A stretch of 20,000 nt of DNA from an uncultured delta proteobacterium (GCA_903911145.1 CAIWCD010000015.1:44237-64236); one strand, 5' to 3'; positions 1 to 9,818 are shown, counted from the stretch's first letter. Numbers and translations: made by a program. The notes: a model not told the origin generated them from the sequence alone.

Positions 1-335
<335 letters not shown>

Positions 336-409
336 CTAGCACAGAGAGGGCGCGGCGGCAAGGGCTCGACGCGAGCATCGAACTGCGGGGTCGCCCCACC
401 ACGCAGAGG

Positions 410-1213
410 CTACTTTTTCTTTTTGCCCGCCTTCTTCTTCGGCTGCGGCTTGTCCTGGCTGACGTCGAATCCGTGGCCTGCCATCAGCTCGAATGCCTTC
501 CCGTCGCAGACCACTCCGACGCGAAATGCACAGGCATCGGCAAAGACCGGAACGCACTCGGCGTGCTCTTCGCTATGCGCGGTCTTCTCGCATTCAGCGA
601 TGGCGGCCTGGCACTCTTTCGATTCGCCATCCTCGTCGCAACCAGGGAAATTGTTCGAGGGCGCGCCGCAGTGGAAGTTCGTCGATGTGCTGTCGACGTA
701 AGCCATGCACTCCGCATTGGGGTCATCGTACGAGTAGCTCTGCGCGTCTTCCTGCTTCGGACAGATCGCGGTTCCCCCCTCGGTGCTGTCTTGGCCTGTG
801 CCGCCGCCGGCAGTTTCGAATGAGCAGGCATTCAGCGTCTTTACGGAAGCGCACGTCGTCACGTCTGACGCCCACCTCCGACAGCCGGGATTCTCGCCTT
901 TCTTTTTCGGAGCACCATCGAGGCTGCGACCGAGTTTGCTCAAGTTGAAGTAGGCGTGCAGCCGCGTCGTCGCATCGCCCAGAGTCGCAGCCTGGAGAGT
1001 GGCCTCCTGAGCCTTCACCTTGTCGCCCGCCTTGTCCCAGCAGAGGCCGAGGTCGGCGAAGATCTCACCATTCTTCGGATCGGCTGCGCTCGCCTGCGCG
1101 AACAGAGGGCAGGCCTCGGCGTAACGCTTGGCGCGGAAGGCGTCGGTGCCCTGCTGGCGCAGCGCAGTGGCGTCGGGAGCGGCGAGAAGCAGAGCGATCA
1201 GCGCGAAGAGCAT
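410..1213 (-). CDS. Exported TPR-containing, cysteine-rich protein with Lys-rich C-terminal tail (267 aa)
   Basis: Start at ATG 1213 has GGAG upstream. Signal-like MLFALIALLLAA, TPR-like helices (AFRAKRYAEACPLFAQASAADPKNGEIFADLGLC), 14 Cys in total, ends PKKKAGKKKK. Confidence 0.75.
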   Translation of the reverse strand: MLFALIALLLAAPDATALRQQGTDAFRAKRYAEACPLFAQASAADPKNGEIFADLGLCWDKAGDKVKAQEATLQAATLGDATTRLHAYFNLSKLGRSLDGAPKKKGENPGCRRWASDVTTCASVKTLNACSFETAGGGTGQDSTEGGTAICPKQEDAQSYSYDDPNAECMAYVDSTSTNFHCGAPSNNFPGCDEDGESKECQAAIAECEKTAHSEEHAECVPVFADACAFRVGVVCDGKAFELMAGHGFDVSQDKPQPKKKAGKKKK

Positions 1214-1911
1214 CGGACGGACTCCAGGTTGTCGAGTAGATTGCTGATCGCCTGCGCCGAGGCAGCGGGCTGCCGCTGCACGATCAGGTGCGGTGCATCG
1301 AGAGAGATCACGCGCATCGCGGGCTGCAGCTTCTGCATCGCGGCGACGTTCCACCCGCGCACCAGTCGGTCGCGCCGACCGGCGAGGTAGAGGATCGGGA
1401 TGCGCAGTCGAGCGAATGCCTCGCGCACATCAACGCGCATCACCTCCTGCAACCGCCGCGCGAGCACCGCAGAATCGACCGTCGCGAGACAATCCTGGAA
1501 GCTCGCGACCTGCGCGTCACTTGCGTCGCTTCCATAGAGGACCGCGCGCACGAGCCACGCCGGCGGCCGCTTGCGGAACAGAGAGGGACCGACGCGCGAA
1601 GCGACGAATCGCGGAGTGGGAAACGGCGCGCGCAGGAACGTGCCGACAAGAACGAGCGCGCGCACGGCCGCTGGATGCTGCGCCGCGAGCAGGATCGAGA
1701 GCGGTCCCGAGAACGATTCGCCGAGCAGCGCGCACGGCGAAGAACGCGCCACGAGAGGCCCGAGCTCCTCGGCGATCTCAGCGTAGCTCTGCGGCCGCGT
1801 CGTCGAGTGCGCGATCGCCCGCGCCTCGATCGAGGGAGGCAGCGCGCGCAGCAGGTCGACGAAGAAATCCGTCGTGCCGTTCATCCCGGGCAGAAGGAGC
1901 AGTCGACTCAT
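1198..1911 (-). CDS. Alpha/beta-fold hydrolase (esterase-like)
   Basis: LLPGMNGT oxyanion segment, GESFSG nucleophile elbow, LAGRRDRLV acid, DAPH His. GGGAG precedes the ATG. Confidence 0.9.
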   Translation of the reverse strand: MSRLLLLPGMNGTTDFFVDLLRALPPSIEARAIAHSTTRPQSYAEIAEELGPLVARSSPCALLGESFSGPLSILLAAQHPAAVRALVLVGTFLRAPFPTPRFVASRVGPSLFRKRPPAWLVRAVLYGSDASDAQVASFQDCLATVDSAVLARRLQEVMRVDVREAFARLRIPILYLAGRRDRLVRGWNVAAMQKLQPAMRVISLDAPHLIVQRQPAASAQAISNLLDNLESVRCSSR

Positions 1912-1935
1912 TCGGATTCACTCCCGCCGTTCGGA

Positions 1936-4029
1936 CTACGGACAGGAATCGGACGCGAGCGTTTCGTTGTTCGCATCCGGCACGGTCGGCACGCCCGTCT
2001 GCGCCCACGACTGCAGATAGCAGCGGTACTGGTGCATCGGCTGCTGCGTCTGGAAGACGGTCTCGTGGCCGTCGTCGATGTCGTCGGCGTAGTGCTGCAC
2101 GAGCACGCCGGTGACCGACTTTCCATTGCGCGTGACGTTCAGCGATGCGGGCAGCGCGATCTGCGAGCGGCCGTTGAGAGACAAGAGCGAACGGATGTGC
2201 GGCAGCGTTGCGATCTCCGCGACCGTCTGATCAAGCGACGGGCCGGCGAGATCGATGCCGAGCGGCAGGCTCAACGAATTCGCCATCGGCAGCATGATGT
2301 AGTGGTCGACGATCCCTTGGAACATCAGGACCTGCTTGGGCGTCACGCCGGGAAGCGGCTCGCGCTGGATGAGGCGCGCATAGACCTGCGGATCGGCCGG
2401 CTCGCTTGCCCACTGGATCAGAGAGAGAACCGGATCGGCCGCGACCAGCTTGCGCCCGCTGCTCGTGTAGCCGATGAGGACCTCGGCGAGCGGCAGCACG
2501 TCGATCGGCATCTTCTTGTAGAGGACGTTGTTCATGTAGCTGCCGCCTGCGCCGCTCATGATCATCGCGCCGATGCGCGGCTCGATCGCGGCCGAGAGCG
2601 GGCCGATCGTCGAACCCGTCGAGTGGCTGAACTGCGCGAGGTGGTGGATGTCGAACGACTGCGTTCCCGGCGTGGCGCCGTCGCAATCGCTCGCGTTGAG
2701 CGTGAGTTGCTCGATGGCGCGGGCCACCAGCGACGTCTCCATCGCGCTCTCGCGGATGTTGTCGCGCAGCGCATCTGGATTCTGGAAATTGAAGACGAGA
2801 AACTCCTCATCGGCACCGTTCGGGTTGCGCGAACCACCGAGCGGACCATCGACCTGGATCCCTGCGTAGCCGATCTGCGCGAAATTCTTCGCGGGCCCCT
2901 CTCCCGGCGCGTTGGGTCCGCCGACCACAGAGGCCGGACCGCGGTCGACCATCGGGACCGGACCATTTCCGCCTGCACGAATATAGAGAACCGCGGGCCA
3001 GCCTGAAGCAGGCTGCGCGCGGCGCGGAATCGTCACGAAGAGATTGGCGGTCTCGCTGCGCTGGTAGATCGGCGCGCCCGCGCTGGTGAAGGTCCAGCGG
3101 CCGCCGCTCGTGGCGTAGGGCGGCGTGCCGACCTGGTAGTCGGGCATCTGCACCGTGCTCTTGTAGAGACAGAAATCGGGATAGGTCTGCTGCAGTGTCA
3201 GCGGCGTCGTCGGCAGCGGAAGGGGATGCATGAGCGCGTCATCGCGCACCAGCGGCACCTGCGAGATCGGATCGCCCGTGGTGAATGCAGTGAGCGCGGC
3301 GAGCTGGTTCATCTGCGTGTGGCGCGCGGCGAGCGCTTCGACCGCTTCGACATAGACCGCGAAGGCCGCGTCAGGCATGCCCTGTGGCTGCACCAGATGC
3401 GCGAGCTGCACGAGAGAGAGCGGCGCGCCGAGCGGGACTCCCGACGCATCGCCGATCGCGCGAAGCGCGACGGCCGCGTAAGCGGTATTCGGGCGCAGCG
3501 GGAAGCCCTGCAGAGGGAGAATCGAGAGGAGATTCGGCGCGCCGAACGGACCTGCGTCGATGGTGAACGAGACCTGCACCGGGACCTGCACGAGGTAATC
3601 AGGGCTCGCCGGATCGATGCCGAGAAGGAAGACGTTTGAACTGGCGAGCACAGACGCGTCGAGCGAAGGCAGCGTGCTCGTGCGCAGCGGCCCGTCGAAC
3701 TGGAAGAAGATCCCGCTCGAAGTGCCGAACCCGTTCGCGCTCTCTTCAAGCAGCGTGATGGCGCGGTTGATCAGATCGATCCCGCCCGGATTGGGAAAGA
3801 GAGGCAGGCCGAACTGCCGCGAGGGCGCACGCAGCTCCTCGCTCGGGAATGGACCGTCGTAGAGCGACGAGCGCGGCCCGAAGTTCATCTTCGCCTGCGT
3901 TCCCTGAATGGCCGCGAGAGGCTTGCACGCGAGGGTCAGAGAAACGAGCACGAGCAGGCTGGGCAAGGCCGCGCGCACGATCGAGCGAGCGGCGAGGCGA
4001 GCGATGTCATGGATTGAAGCGAGATTCAT
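1936..4029 (-). CDS. Large secreted/lipoprotein alpha/beta hydrolase (lipase-like) with N-terminal Ig-like region; start uncertain
   Basis: About 700-aa ORF. Hydrophobic stretch ending TLAC (lipobox-like), GPFPS and NGFGTS N-terminal motifs, LRPNTAYA, FSHSTGS elbow, QGIVDHY Asp, DDGHETVF His. Confidence 0.75.
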   Translation of the reverse strand: MNLASIHDIARLAARSIVRAALPSLLVLVSLTLACKPLAAIQGTQAKMNFGPRSSLYDGPFPSEELRAPSRQFGLPLFPNPGGIDLINRAITLLEESANGFGTSSGIFFQFDGPLRTSTLPSLDASVLASSNVFLLGIDPASPDYLVQVPVQVSFTIDAGPFGAPNLLSILPLQGFPLRPNTAYAAVALRAIGDASGVPLGAPLSLVQLAHLVQPQGMPDAAFAVYVEAVEALAARHTQMNQLAALTAFTTGDPISQVPLVRDDALMHPLPLPTTPLTLQQTYPDFCLYKSTVQMPDYQVGTPPYATSGGRWTFTSAGAPIYQRSETANLFVTIPRRAQPASGWPAVLYIRAGGNGPVPMVDRGPASVVGGPNAPGEGPAKNFAQIGYAGIQVDGPLGGSRNPNGADEEFLVFNFQNPDALRDNIRESAMETSLVARAIEQLTLNASDCDGATPGTQSFDIHHLAQFSHSTGSTIGPLSAAIEPRIGAMIMSGAGGSYMNNVLYKKMPIDVLPLAEVLIGYTSSGRKLVAADPVLSLIQWASEPADPQVYARLIQREPLPGVTPKQVLMFQGIVDHYIMLPMANSLSLPLGIDLAGPSLDQTVAEIATLPHIRSLLSLNGRSQIALPASLNVTRNGKSVTGVLVQHYADDIDDGHETVFQTQQPMHQYRCYLQSWAQTGVPTVPDANNETLASDSCP

Positions 4030-4075
4030 CGAAGGTCTCGGCGAGAGCGATCGGAGCAAGGAGGCGAACGGGTGT

Positions 4076-5239
4076 TCAACCGCGAAGCAGCGTCAGTGCC
4101 CGCAGGAAGTTGCCACTGAAGACGCGCGTGATGCGCTCGTCGCGCCAACCGCGGTCGAGCATGATCTGCACCAGGCGCGGCAACTCCAGACACGTCTTCA
4201 TGTCGAGTGGCGGGACGATCGCGCCGTCCCAGTCGCTCCCGAGCGCAGGCGTCTCGTCTCCCGCGATCTTCGCGATGTGCTCGAGGTGGCGCACGATCGA
4301 TTCCGCGCGGCCGCTGAAGATCGGATCGCCGAGAAAGCTCGACTGGTACATCACGCCGACGACGCCGCCGCTCTTCGCGATCGCGCGAACCTGCTCGTCA
4401 TCGAGGTTGCGCCAATGCTCGTGCACGCCCGAAACGCCCGTGTGCGTGACGATCATCGGGAGGCTCTTGTCGTGAACCTCGAGCGCCTCCCAGAATCCCT
4501 TCTTCGAGATGTGCGCGAGGTCGACAAAGATGCGGCGCGCATTCAGCGACGAGACGAGCTGGCGGCCGACTTCGGTGAGCCCGCGATTTCCGCCGAGTGG
4601 CGCGCTCGTCCCGCCGACGCGCGAGTTCGACAGATGGACGAGCGTGACCCGCACGACGCTGGAGAAGTTCGCGGACGCAGAGGGCTCGCGCAGATCGTTT
4701 GAGTGCAAACCATTTTCCTTTGCACTCAAACCATCGTCGAGCAGACGCGCCGACTCGCTGTCTCGATCGATCGCGTTGCCGCCCTGGATACCGATGAACG
4801 CCGCGAGCTTTCCGTGGGCCTGCGCGTCCGCAAAGTCGCGCGCAGTGCGGACGAGCTGCACATCGTCCGGGACACTCGCGAGGATGCTCTTGAGGCGCGC
4901 GAAGTTCTTCTCGAAGACGCGCGGCCTCGCCGCCGTGCTGCGCAGCGGATTGGTCGAGATGACGAAGACGGCACCAGAGACCTGCGCCTCGCGAAGCCGC
5001 GGAAGATCAACCTGGCTGTAGAAGCGCGCACCGAGCAGACCGTGGCCGTGCCGCTTGCGCAGGTCGTAGCCGAGAATGCGCTGCCAGATGAACGAGTCGA
5101 CGTGGAGATCGATCGGCCGCGCCGCAAGATAGAGATCGATCGCGGCTCGGGAAATGCCCAGCGAAGCGGCCCAGGCGTCAGGAGCTGCGCGATGGTCGGT
5201 GAACGCGAGGTGCGGGGAGAGGCTCATGCGGGGGCGCAC
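4076..5239 (-). CDS. Membrane dipeptidase family (peptidase M19, amidohydrolase fold); start GTG 5239 or ATG 5227
   Basis: IDLHVD metal motif, QVDLPRL, VDLAHIS, THTG, RNLDDEQ, GGVVGV, LGSDWDG, GNFLR. Confidence 0.9.
   Translation of the reverse strand: MRPRMSLSPHLAFTDHRAAPDAWAASLGISRAAIDLYLAARPIDLHVDSFIWQRILGYDLRKRHGHGLLGARFYSQVDLPRLREAQVSGAVFVISTNPLRSTAARPRVFEKNFARLKSILASVPDDVQLVRTARDFADAQAHGKLAAFIGIQGGNAIDRDSESARLLDDGLSAKENGLHSNDLREPSASANFSSVVRVTLVHLSNSRVGGTSAPLGGNRGLTEVGRQLVSSLNARRIFVDLAHISKKGFWEALEVHDKSLPMIVTHTGVSGVHEHWRNLDDEQVRAIAKSGGVVGVMYQSSFLGDPIFSGRAESIVRHLEHIAKIAGDETPALGSDWDGAIVPPLDMKTCLELPRLVQIMLDRGWRDERITRVFSGNFLRALTLLRG
4693..4735. repeat. AT-rich inverted repeat with 13-bp perfect arms inside the dipeptidase CDS
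   Basis: GTTTGAGTGCAAA (4697-4709), 9-nt spacer, TTTGCACTCAAAC (4719-4731). Extends by GAT/ATC after one mismatch. Confidence 0.9.
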
Positions 5240-5293
5240 CCTATCCTTTTTCTGCCGCTGTGTTGTTCAGACCAGAGTCGTGCGCGCCGAGAG

Positions 5294-6511
5294 CTAGCCG
5301 AACGCGAAGCCGTGCCCGCGATACGTCTGCGCACGCGACTCGATCTGAGCGCCGCGCACGAGGAGCAGCTCGTTGAACCGCTCCAGCGACTCACCAGCTT
5401 TCGCCGGACGGAACAGGACCGGCGCGCCGAGTGGGAGTTCGACGTTGGCGGGCACGCGCAGCGGCGTCTGCACTTCTCCCGCGCCCTCGTGCGGCAGCAG
5501 CGACAAGCCGGGTGGCAACCACGGGTGCGGTAGACGGGAGAGGCCGGCTTCACCCGAGGCAATGACGCCTCCGCCCGCACACGTCACCAGGCCAGGCGCG
5601 GGTCTGCGTGTCACTTGCAGCGCGAATGAGAGCGCAGGCCGCAGCGCGATGGCGTCGATGTGATCGAAGAGGTGGCTGGCGAGAAATCCTGACCCGATGG
5701 TCAGCTCATCGAGCGACGGGTCATCTCCGCAGAGCGCAATGCTTCCAGTCCCGCCGCCGTTGAAGAGTGTCGGCACGAGCTTGCGCGCGACGAGCTCGCT
5801 CACGATCTCCGCGCGCGAGCTTCGCAACGCAGCGATCGAGCGCCGCTTCATCGCGCGCACCGCGGCAGCTTGCAGCGCGCCTCCGCCTCGATCGGGAAGG
5901 CCGGCAACCTGCGCTTCGTAGCTCATCAGGCCGAGGAAGCAGGCCCCCCTCTCGCCCGCGATCCGCTCGGCGAGATCTGCGATCGCGCGGGCGGCGCGCA
6001 GCGGACTGCGCCGGACGCCGAGGTGAACGCGCGCACTTTCGAATGGCCGGTAGGAGGCGTCCACGTCGAGCACCAGCGGCACGCGCACGCCCGCCGCCAC
6101 ACCCGCCCGCGCAATCACCTCGACCTGCGCCCAGTCATCAACGACGAGTGCCGCTCGCGCAGAACGGTTGGCCTCGGCGACCATCTGGCAGTCGCGCGGA
6201 TGCAGCGTCGGATACGCGAGCAGCAGATCGGTGTGCCCCTGCTTCGCAAGCCACGCTGTCTCTGCCGCAGAGAAGGTCATCAGGCCGCGAACGCAGTCCC
6301 CGCCGAGGTCGAGCAAGCGCGCCACCAGAGAGGGGCAGCGCACCGACTTGGTGGCGATTCGCACCTGTCGATTCGCCTTGCGTGCGAGTCCGAAGAGCAG
6401 GCGCGCATTGGCCTCGAACGCATCGAGATCGCAGAGCGCAGCCGGCAGCGGCTCGTCGCCGAGCGCGCGCCGATAACGTGACCAGTTGGTCAGATCAAGT
6501 TCGCGCCCCAC
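5294..6511 (-). CDS. Fold-type III PLP enzyme (alanine racemase/D-serine dehydratase/D-threonine aldolase-like)
   Basis: GTG start with GAGGAG. Motifs PAALCDLDAFEAN, RIATKSVRC (PLP Lys), GVRRSP, MSYEAQVAG, NGGGTGS, EGAGEVQTP, FRPAKAGE, TYRG. Confidence 0.9.
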   Translation of the reverse strand: MGRELDLTNWSRYRRALGDEPLPAALCDLDAFEANARLLFGLARKANRQVRIATKSVRCPSLVARLLDLGGDCVRGLMTFSAAETAWLAKQGHTDLLLAYPTLHPRDCQMVAEANRSARAALVVDDWAQVEVIARAGVAAGVRVPLVLDVDASYRPFESARVHLGVRRSPLRAARAIADLAERIAGERGACFLGLMSYEAQVAGLPDRGGGALQAAAVRAMKRRSIAALRSSRAEIVSELVARKLVPTLFNGGGTGSIALCGDDPSLDELTIGSGFLASHLFDHIDAIALRPALSFALQVTRRPAPGLVTCAGGGVIASGEAGLSRLPHPWLPPGLSLLPHEGAGEVQTPLRVPANVELPLGAPVLFRPAKAGESLERFNELLLVRGAQIESRAQTYRGHGFAFG

Positions 6512-6545
6512 CCTGTTTCTCCTCGGACGCGTGAACCCGCGCGGT

Positions 6546-7052
6546 TCAGACGGTGACGGCCTCGTCGCCCTCGTCCTTGCCGGGCACGAACGTCGCGAAC
6601 GTCACCTTCGTTGGCGCCTCGACCTCGCTCGCCCGGCGCATCTTTCCCGTTGTGTAGAACCAGCGCCCGTTCTCGAGCGCAAACTCAGAGCGCTCGAGGA
6701 AGGACTCGTCCTTCCCCTGCTTGAACATCTGCGCGAGGAAGAGCACCTCGGCCTTCGCGCCGTCGGTCTTCTCCTCGAGGATCTGCAGGCCCGGATAGTC
6801 GTAGGCGCGGCACGCCCTGCGCAGCAGCGTAAGCATCTCCGACTCTGGCTGCGCGCGCTCCGGCAGCGACGCGTGAAGAGTCCGCAACAGATACGCCGCG
6901 TTCTCCAGCGCGAACGCCGAGTAACGCGAGCGCATCAACGAGACGGCATCGGGAGCTTCTTGCTCTCCACGCAGGTAGGGACGGCAGCAGGCCGCGTGCG
7001 TCTTGCCAGACGAGCAGGCGCACGGCTTCGAGGGGTCGAGATACTTGGGCAT
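6546..7052 (-). CDS. YchJ (UPF0225) family SEC-C metal-binding protein
   Basis: CACSSGKTHAACC N-terminus, LMRSRYSAF, ERSEF...WFY. Confidence 0.9.
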   Translation of the reverse strand: MPKYLDPSKPCACSSGKTHAACCRPYLRGEQEAPDAVSLMRSRYSAFALENAAYLLRTLHASLPERAQPESEMLTLLRRACRAYDYPGLQILEEKTDGAKAEVLFLAQMFKQGKDESFLERSEFALENGRWFYTTGKMRRASEVEAPTKVTFATFVPGKDEGDEAVTV

Positions 7053-7079
7053 CTGCCGTCTCTACCTTAGTGCCGCGGT

Positions 7080-8444
7080 CTAGAAGTGCTTGATGATCGC
7101 GTCGCCGAACTCCGAGCACTTCACTTCCTTCACGCCCGAGGCTCCCTCGGCCGTCATCAGGCGCGCGAAGTCGTACGTGACGGTCTTCGCCGCGATCGCG
7201 CCGTCCATGCCCTTGATGATCAGGTCGGCCGCCTCGTTCCAGCCGAGGTGGCGCAGCATCATCTCGCCGCTCAGGATCACCGAGCCCGGGTTGACCTTGT
7301 CGAGGTCGGCATACTTCGGCGCGGTGCCGTGCGTCGCCTCGAAGACGGCGTGGCCCGTGACGTAGTTGGTGTTGCCGCCGGGCGCGATGCCGATGCCGCC
7401 GACCTGCGCCGCGAGCGCGTCGGAGAGATAGTCACCGTTGAGGTTCAGCGTCGCGATGACGGAGAACTCCTCGGGCCGCGTCAGCACTTGCTGCAGCGTG
7501 ATGTCGGCGATCGAGTCCTTGATGATGATGTCGTGCGGAACGATCGTGCCCATCGCCGTCTTCGTTCCTGCCGAGATCTTGCACCAGGGCCCGCCGTCGA
7601 TCTCGACTGCGCCGAAGTACTTCTTCGCCGTGCCGTAGCCCCAGTCGCGGAACGCGCCCTCGGTGAACTTCATGATGTTGCCCTTGTGCACGATGTTGAC
7701 GCTCGGCTTCTTCGCCGAGATCGCGTAGCTGATCGCGCTGTGCACGAGTCGCTCGGTGCCGAGGCGGCTGACGGCCTTGAGACCGACGCCGACTTCGACG
7801 ACCACGTCCTCATGCGGCGCGCCGATTGCCTCGAGCTGCTTCTGCCAGCCCGCCGATGCCTCCTGCGTACCGAAGCGGACCTTCGTGTAGTCCTTCGGGA
7901 ACTCCTTGGCGAAGAAGTCGAGAACCTTCTTCGCATCCGGTGTCCCGGCCGCGTACTCGATGCCGGCATAGATGTCTTCGGTGTTCTCGCGGAAGATCAC
8001 CATGTCGACCTTGTCCGGGCGCTTCACCGGCGAGGGCACGCCCTTGAACCAGCGCACGGGACGCAGGCAGACGTAGAGATCGAGCTTCTGGCGCAGCTCC
8101 ACATTGAGCGAGCGGATTCCGCCGCCGACGGGCGTGGTCAGCGGCCCCTTGATGCCGACGACGTACTTGCGGAACGCGTCGATCGTCTCGCTCGGCAGCC
8201 AGGTGTCGAACATCTTCTTCGCCTTCTCGCCGGCGAAGACTTCCATCCAAGCAATCTGCTTCTTGCCGCCGTAGGCCTTCGCGACCGCCGCGTCGAGCAC
8301 GCGCTGGCTCGCGCGCCAGATGTCAGGCCCCGTGCCGTCGCCCTCGATGAACGGGAGGATCGGATGGTCGGGAACCTTGAGCTGACCATTCGCGAACGTG
8401 ACGGGCTCTCCGTGTGCGGGGATCTGCGGTGCGGCGCTGGCCAT
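7080..8444 (-). CDS. icd: NADP-dependent isocitrate dehydrogenase (dimeric, E. coli type)
   Basis: ATG 8444 with AGGAG. Motifs [69 protein letters not shown]. The KY and VTYDFAR residues indicate NADP specificity. Confidence 0.98.
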   Translation of the reverse strand: MASAAPQIPAHGEPVTFANGQLKVPDHPILPFIEGDGTGPDIWRASQRVLDAAVAKAYGGKKQIAWMEVFAGEKAKKMFDTWLPSETIDAFRKYVVGIKGPLTTPVGGGIRSLNVELRQKLDLYVCLRPVRWFKGVPSPVKRPDKVDMVIFRENTEDIYAGIEYAAGTPDAKKVLDFFAKEFPKDYTKVRFGTQEASAGWQKQLEAIGAPHEDVVVEVGVGLKAVSRLGTERLVHSAISYAISAKKPSVNIVHKGNIMKFTEGAFRDWGYGTAKKYFGAVEIDGGPWCKISAGTKTAMGTIVPHDIIIKDSIADITLQQVLTRPEEFSVIATLNLNGDYLSDALAAQVGGIGIAPGGNTNYVTGHAVFEATHGTAPKYADLDKVNPGSVILSGEMMLRHLGWNEAADLIIKGMDGAIAAKTVTYDFARLMTAEGASGVKEVKCSEFGDAIIKHF

Positions 8445-8566
8445 GCAGTGCTCCTGGTTGTCTGATTGGAAAGGGCGCGCATCCTCGCGGAAGCGCTTGG
8501 GCGTTTGCAAGCGGGATCACGCGGCGTGCGGCAACTCGACCGGGTGCGCCGCGCGACACTCATCTT

Positions 8567-9772
8567 TCAGAGTCCCGCGGGCACCTGGCTCAAGTCGAGT
8601 TGCACGGCGAGGACGTCGACCGCGAAGTTCGCGCTTTCCGCCTCGATCGTCGTCGGTTCGTGGCCCAGCGCCTGAACACGCGGATCAAGCACCGAGGTCG
8701 ACTGGTACGTGATGAGCGCGTGGGTCGCGTCGAGGCCGACGATGCCCGGACTTCCCGTCTCTCCCTCGCTCTGCGGGAGGTCGGCGATCAGGCTGAGTTG
8801 CTGGGCCTGGTCATCGACCTGCCAGAGAGCTGTACGGCCCCGTCCATCGCTGAGCGTGTGACCGCCGAGAAGGAGCAGCACACCGTCGAACTCGAAGAGA
8901 ACGGGCGATGCGATCGGAGCCTGCGCGACCGACCAGCAGGTGAAGCTGTAGGGGAGTTGCACCGCGGTATGGCAGATCGTCTGCTGATCGATGCTCCCGC
9001 TCTCAGCGCGCTCAGGTATCGCCAGCCAGAGAGAATTGTCGGCACGCTGGAGCAGGTCGGCCTGGTGCGCGCCCGGCCCGACCGGAACAGTGATACCGCC
9101 GTTGAACGTCTGACCGTCTGTGCTCGCGAACAGAGCGAGGCCGCCAGGCGCGTCGTTGGCGAAGAGCTCGTCGGCCTTCCACGCCGAAAGCCAGACCGAA
9201 TCGCTCACTGCACGCGGTCGCCACGCTTCGCTGCCGCTGACGAGGCCTGCGCTCGCGAGCTTGCTGAACACCGTCCCGTCCGACGACGAGGCGGCAAGCA
9301 CCTGCGTCTTGTGCTGGTTCGGATCTGTGGGGTCCCACGCGGTGACCGTCGCGCGAAGCTTGTCCTGATAGACGACCAGTTTCGGCTCGCGCAGGTCCAG
9401 ACCGGTCGCGCTCAAGACAGCTGTCTTTTTCCACGTCGCACCGCTGTCCGTCGAGGTGACGACGTAGACGCTGCTGCTCGCAGAGACCGTGTACGCGCTC
9501 GAATGGCGGAAGATCGCGAACAGCGCGCCATTGAACGCGACGACGTCGGTGCCGGAATTGTGCGTGCCGTCGTGGAATACCGTCACGGCGCTCGAGACGT
9601 AATTCCCGACTGTCGTGCCTGCGTCGTTGAGCGGGTTGTTGTGGCATGTGCCGCCGCCATCCGGATTGCACGGATAGACCTGGCCCTGGCCCGCGCAGCC
9701 GATGAGCGCCGTCGCGGCAAGCGCGATCGCTGAACGCAGGAGACGGCGAGCGCTGTGCGGAGTCAGACGCAT
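8567..9772 (-). CDS. Lipoprotein with BNR/Asp-box repeats (sialidase-like beta-propeller)
   Basis: Signal peptide with LIGC lipobox. Asp-box-like STDSGATW, SSSDGTVF, STDGQTF, plus DLREPKL and GETGSPG. Confidence 0.75.
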   Translation of the reverse strand: MRLTPHSARRLLRSAIALAATALIGCAGQGQVYPCNPDGGGTCHNNPLNDAGTTVGNYVSSAVTVFHDGTHNSGTDVVAFNGALFAIFRHSSAYTVSASSSVYVVTSTDSGATWKKTAVLSATGLDLREPKLVVYQDKLRATVTAWDPTDPNQHKTQVLAASSSDGTVFSKLASAGLVSGSEAWRPRAVSDSVWLSAWKADELFANDAPGGLALFASTDGQTFNGGITVPVGPGAHQADLLQRADNSLWLAIPERAESGSIDQQTICHTAVQLPYSFTCWSVAQAPIASPVLFEFDGVLLLLGGHTLSDGRGRTALWQVDDQAQQLSLIADLPQSEGETGSPGIVGLDATHALITYQSTSVLDPRVQALGHEPTTIEAESANFAVDVLAVQLDLSQVPAGL

Positions 9773-9818
9773 GGCAGTGGGCCTTTTCGCGTGCGATAGA
9801 GGGACCGTCAATCGACGA

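Noticed and set aside
4697..4731. Palindrome as a canonical CIRCE or a CRISPR repeat
   Set aside because: The arms are in the opposite order to CIRCE and intragenic. There is no repeat-spacer array and no cas gene.
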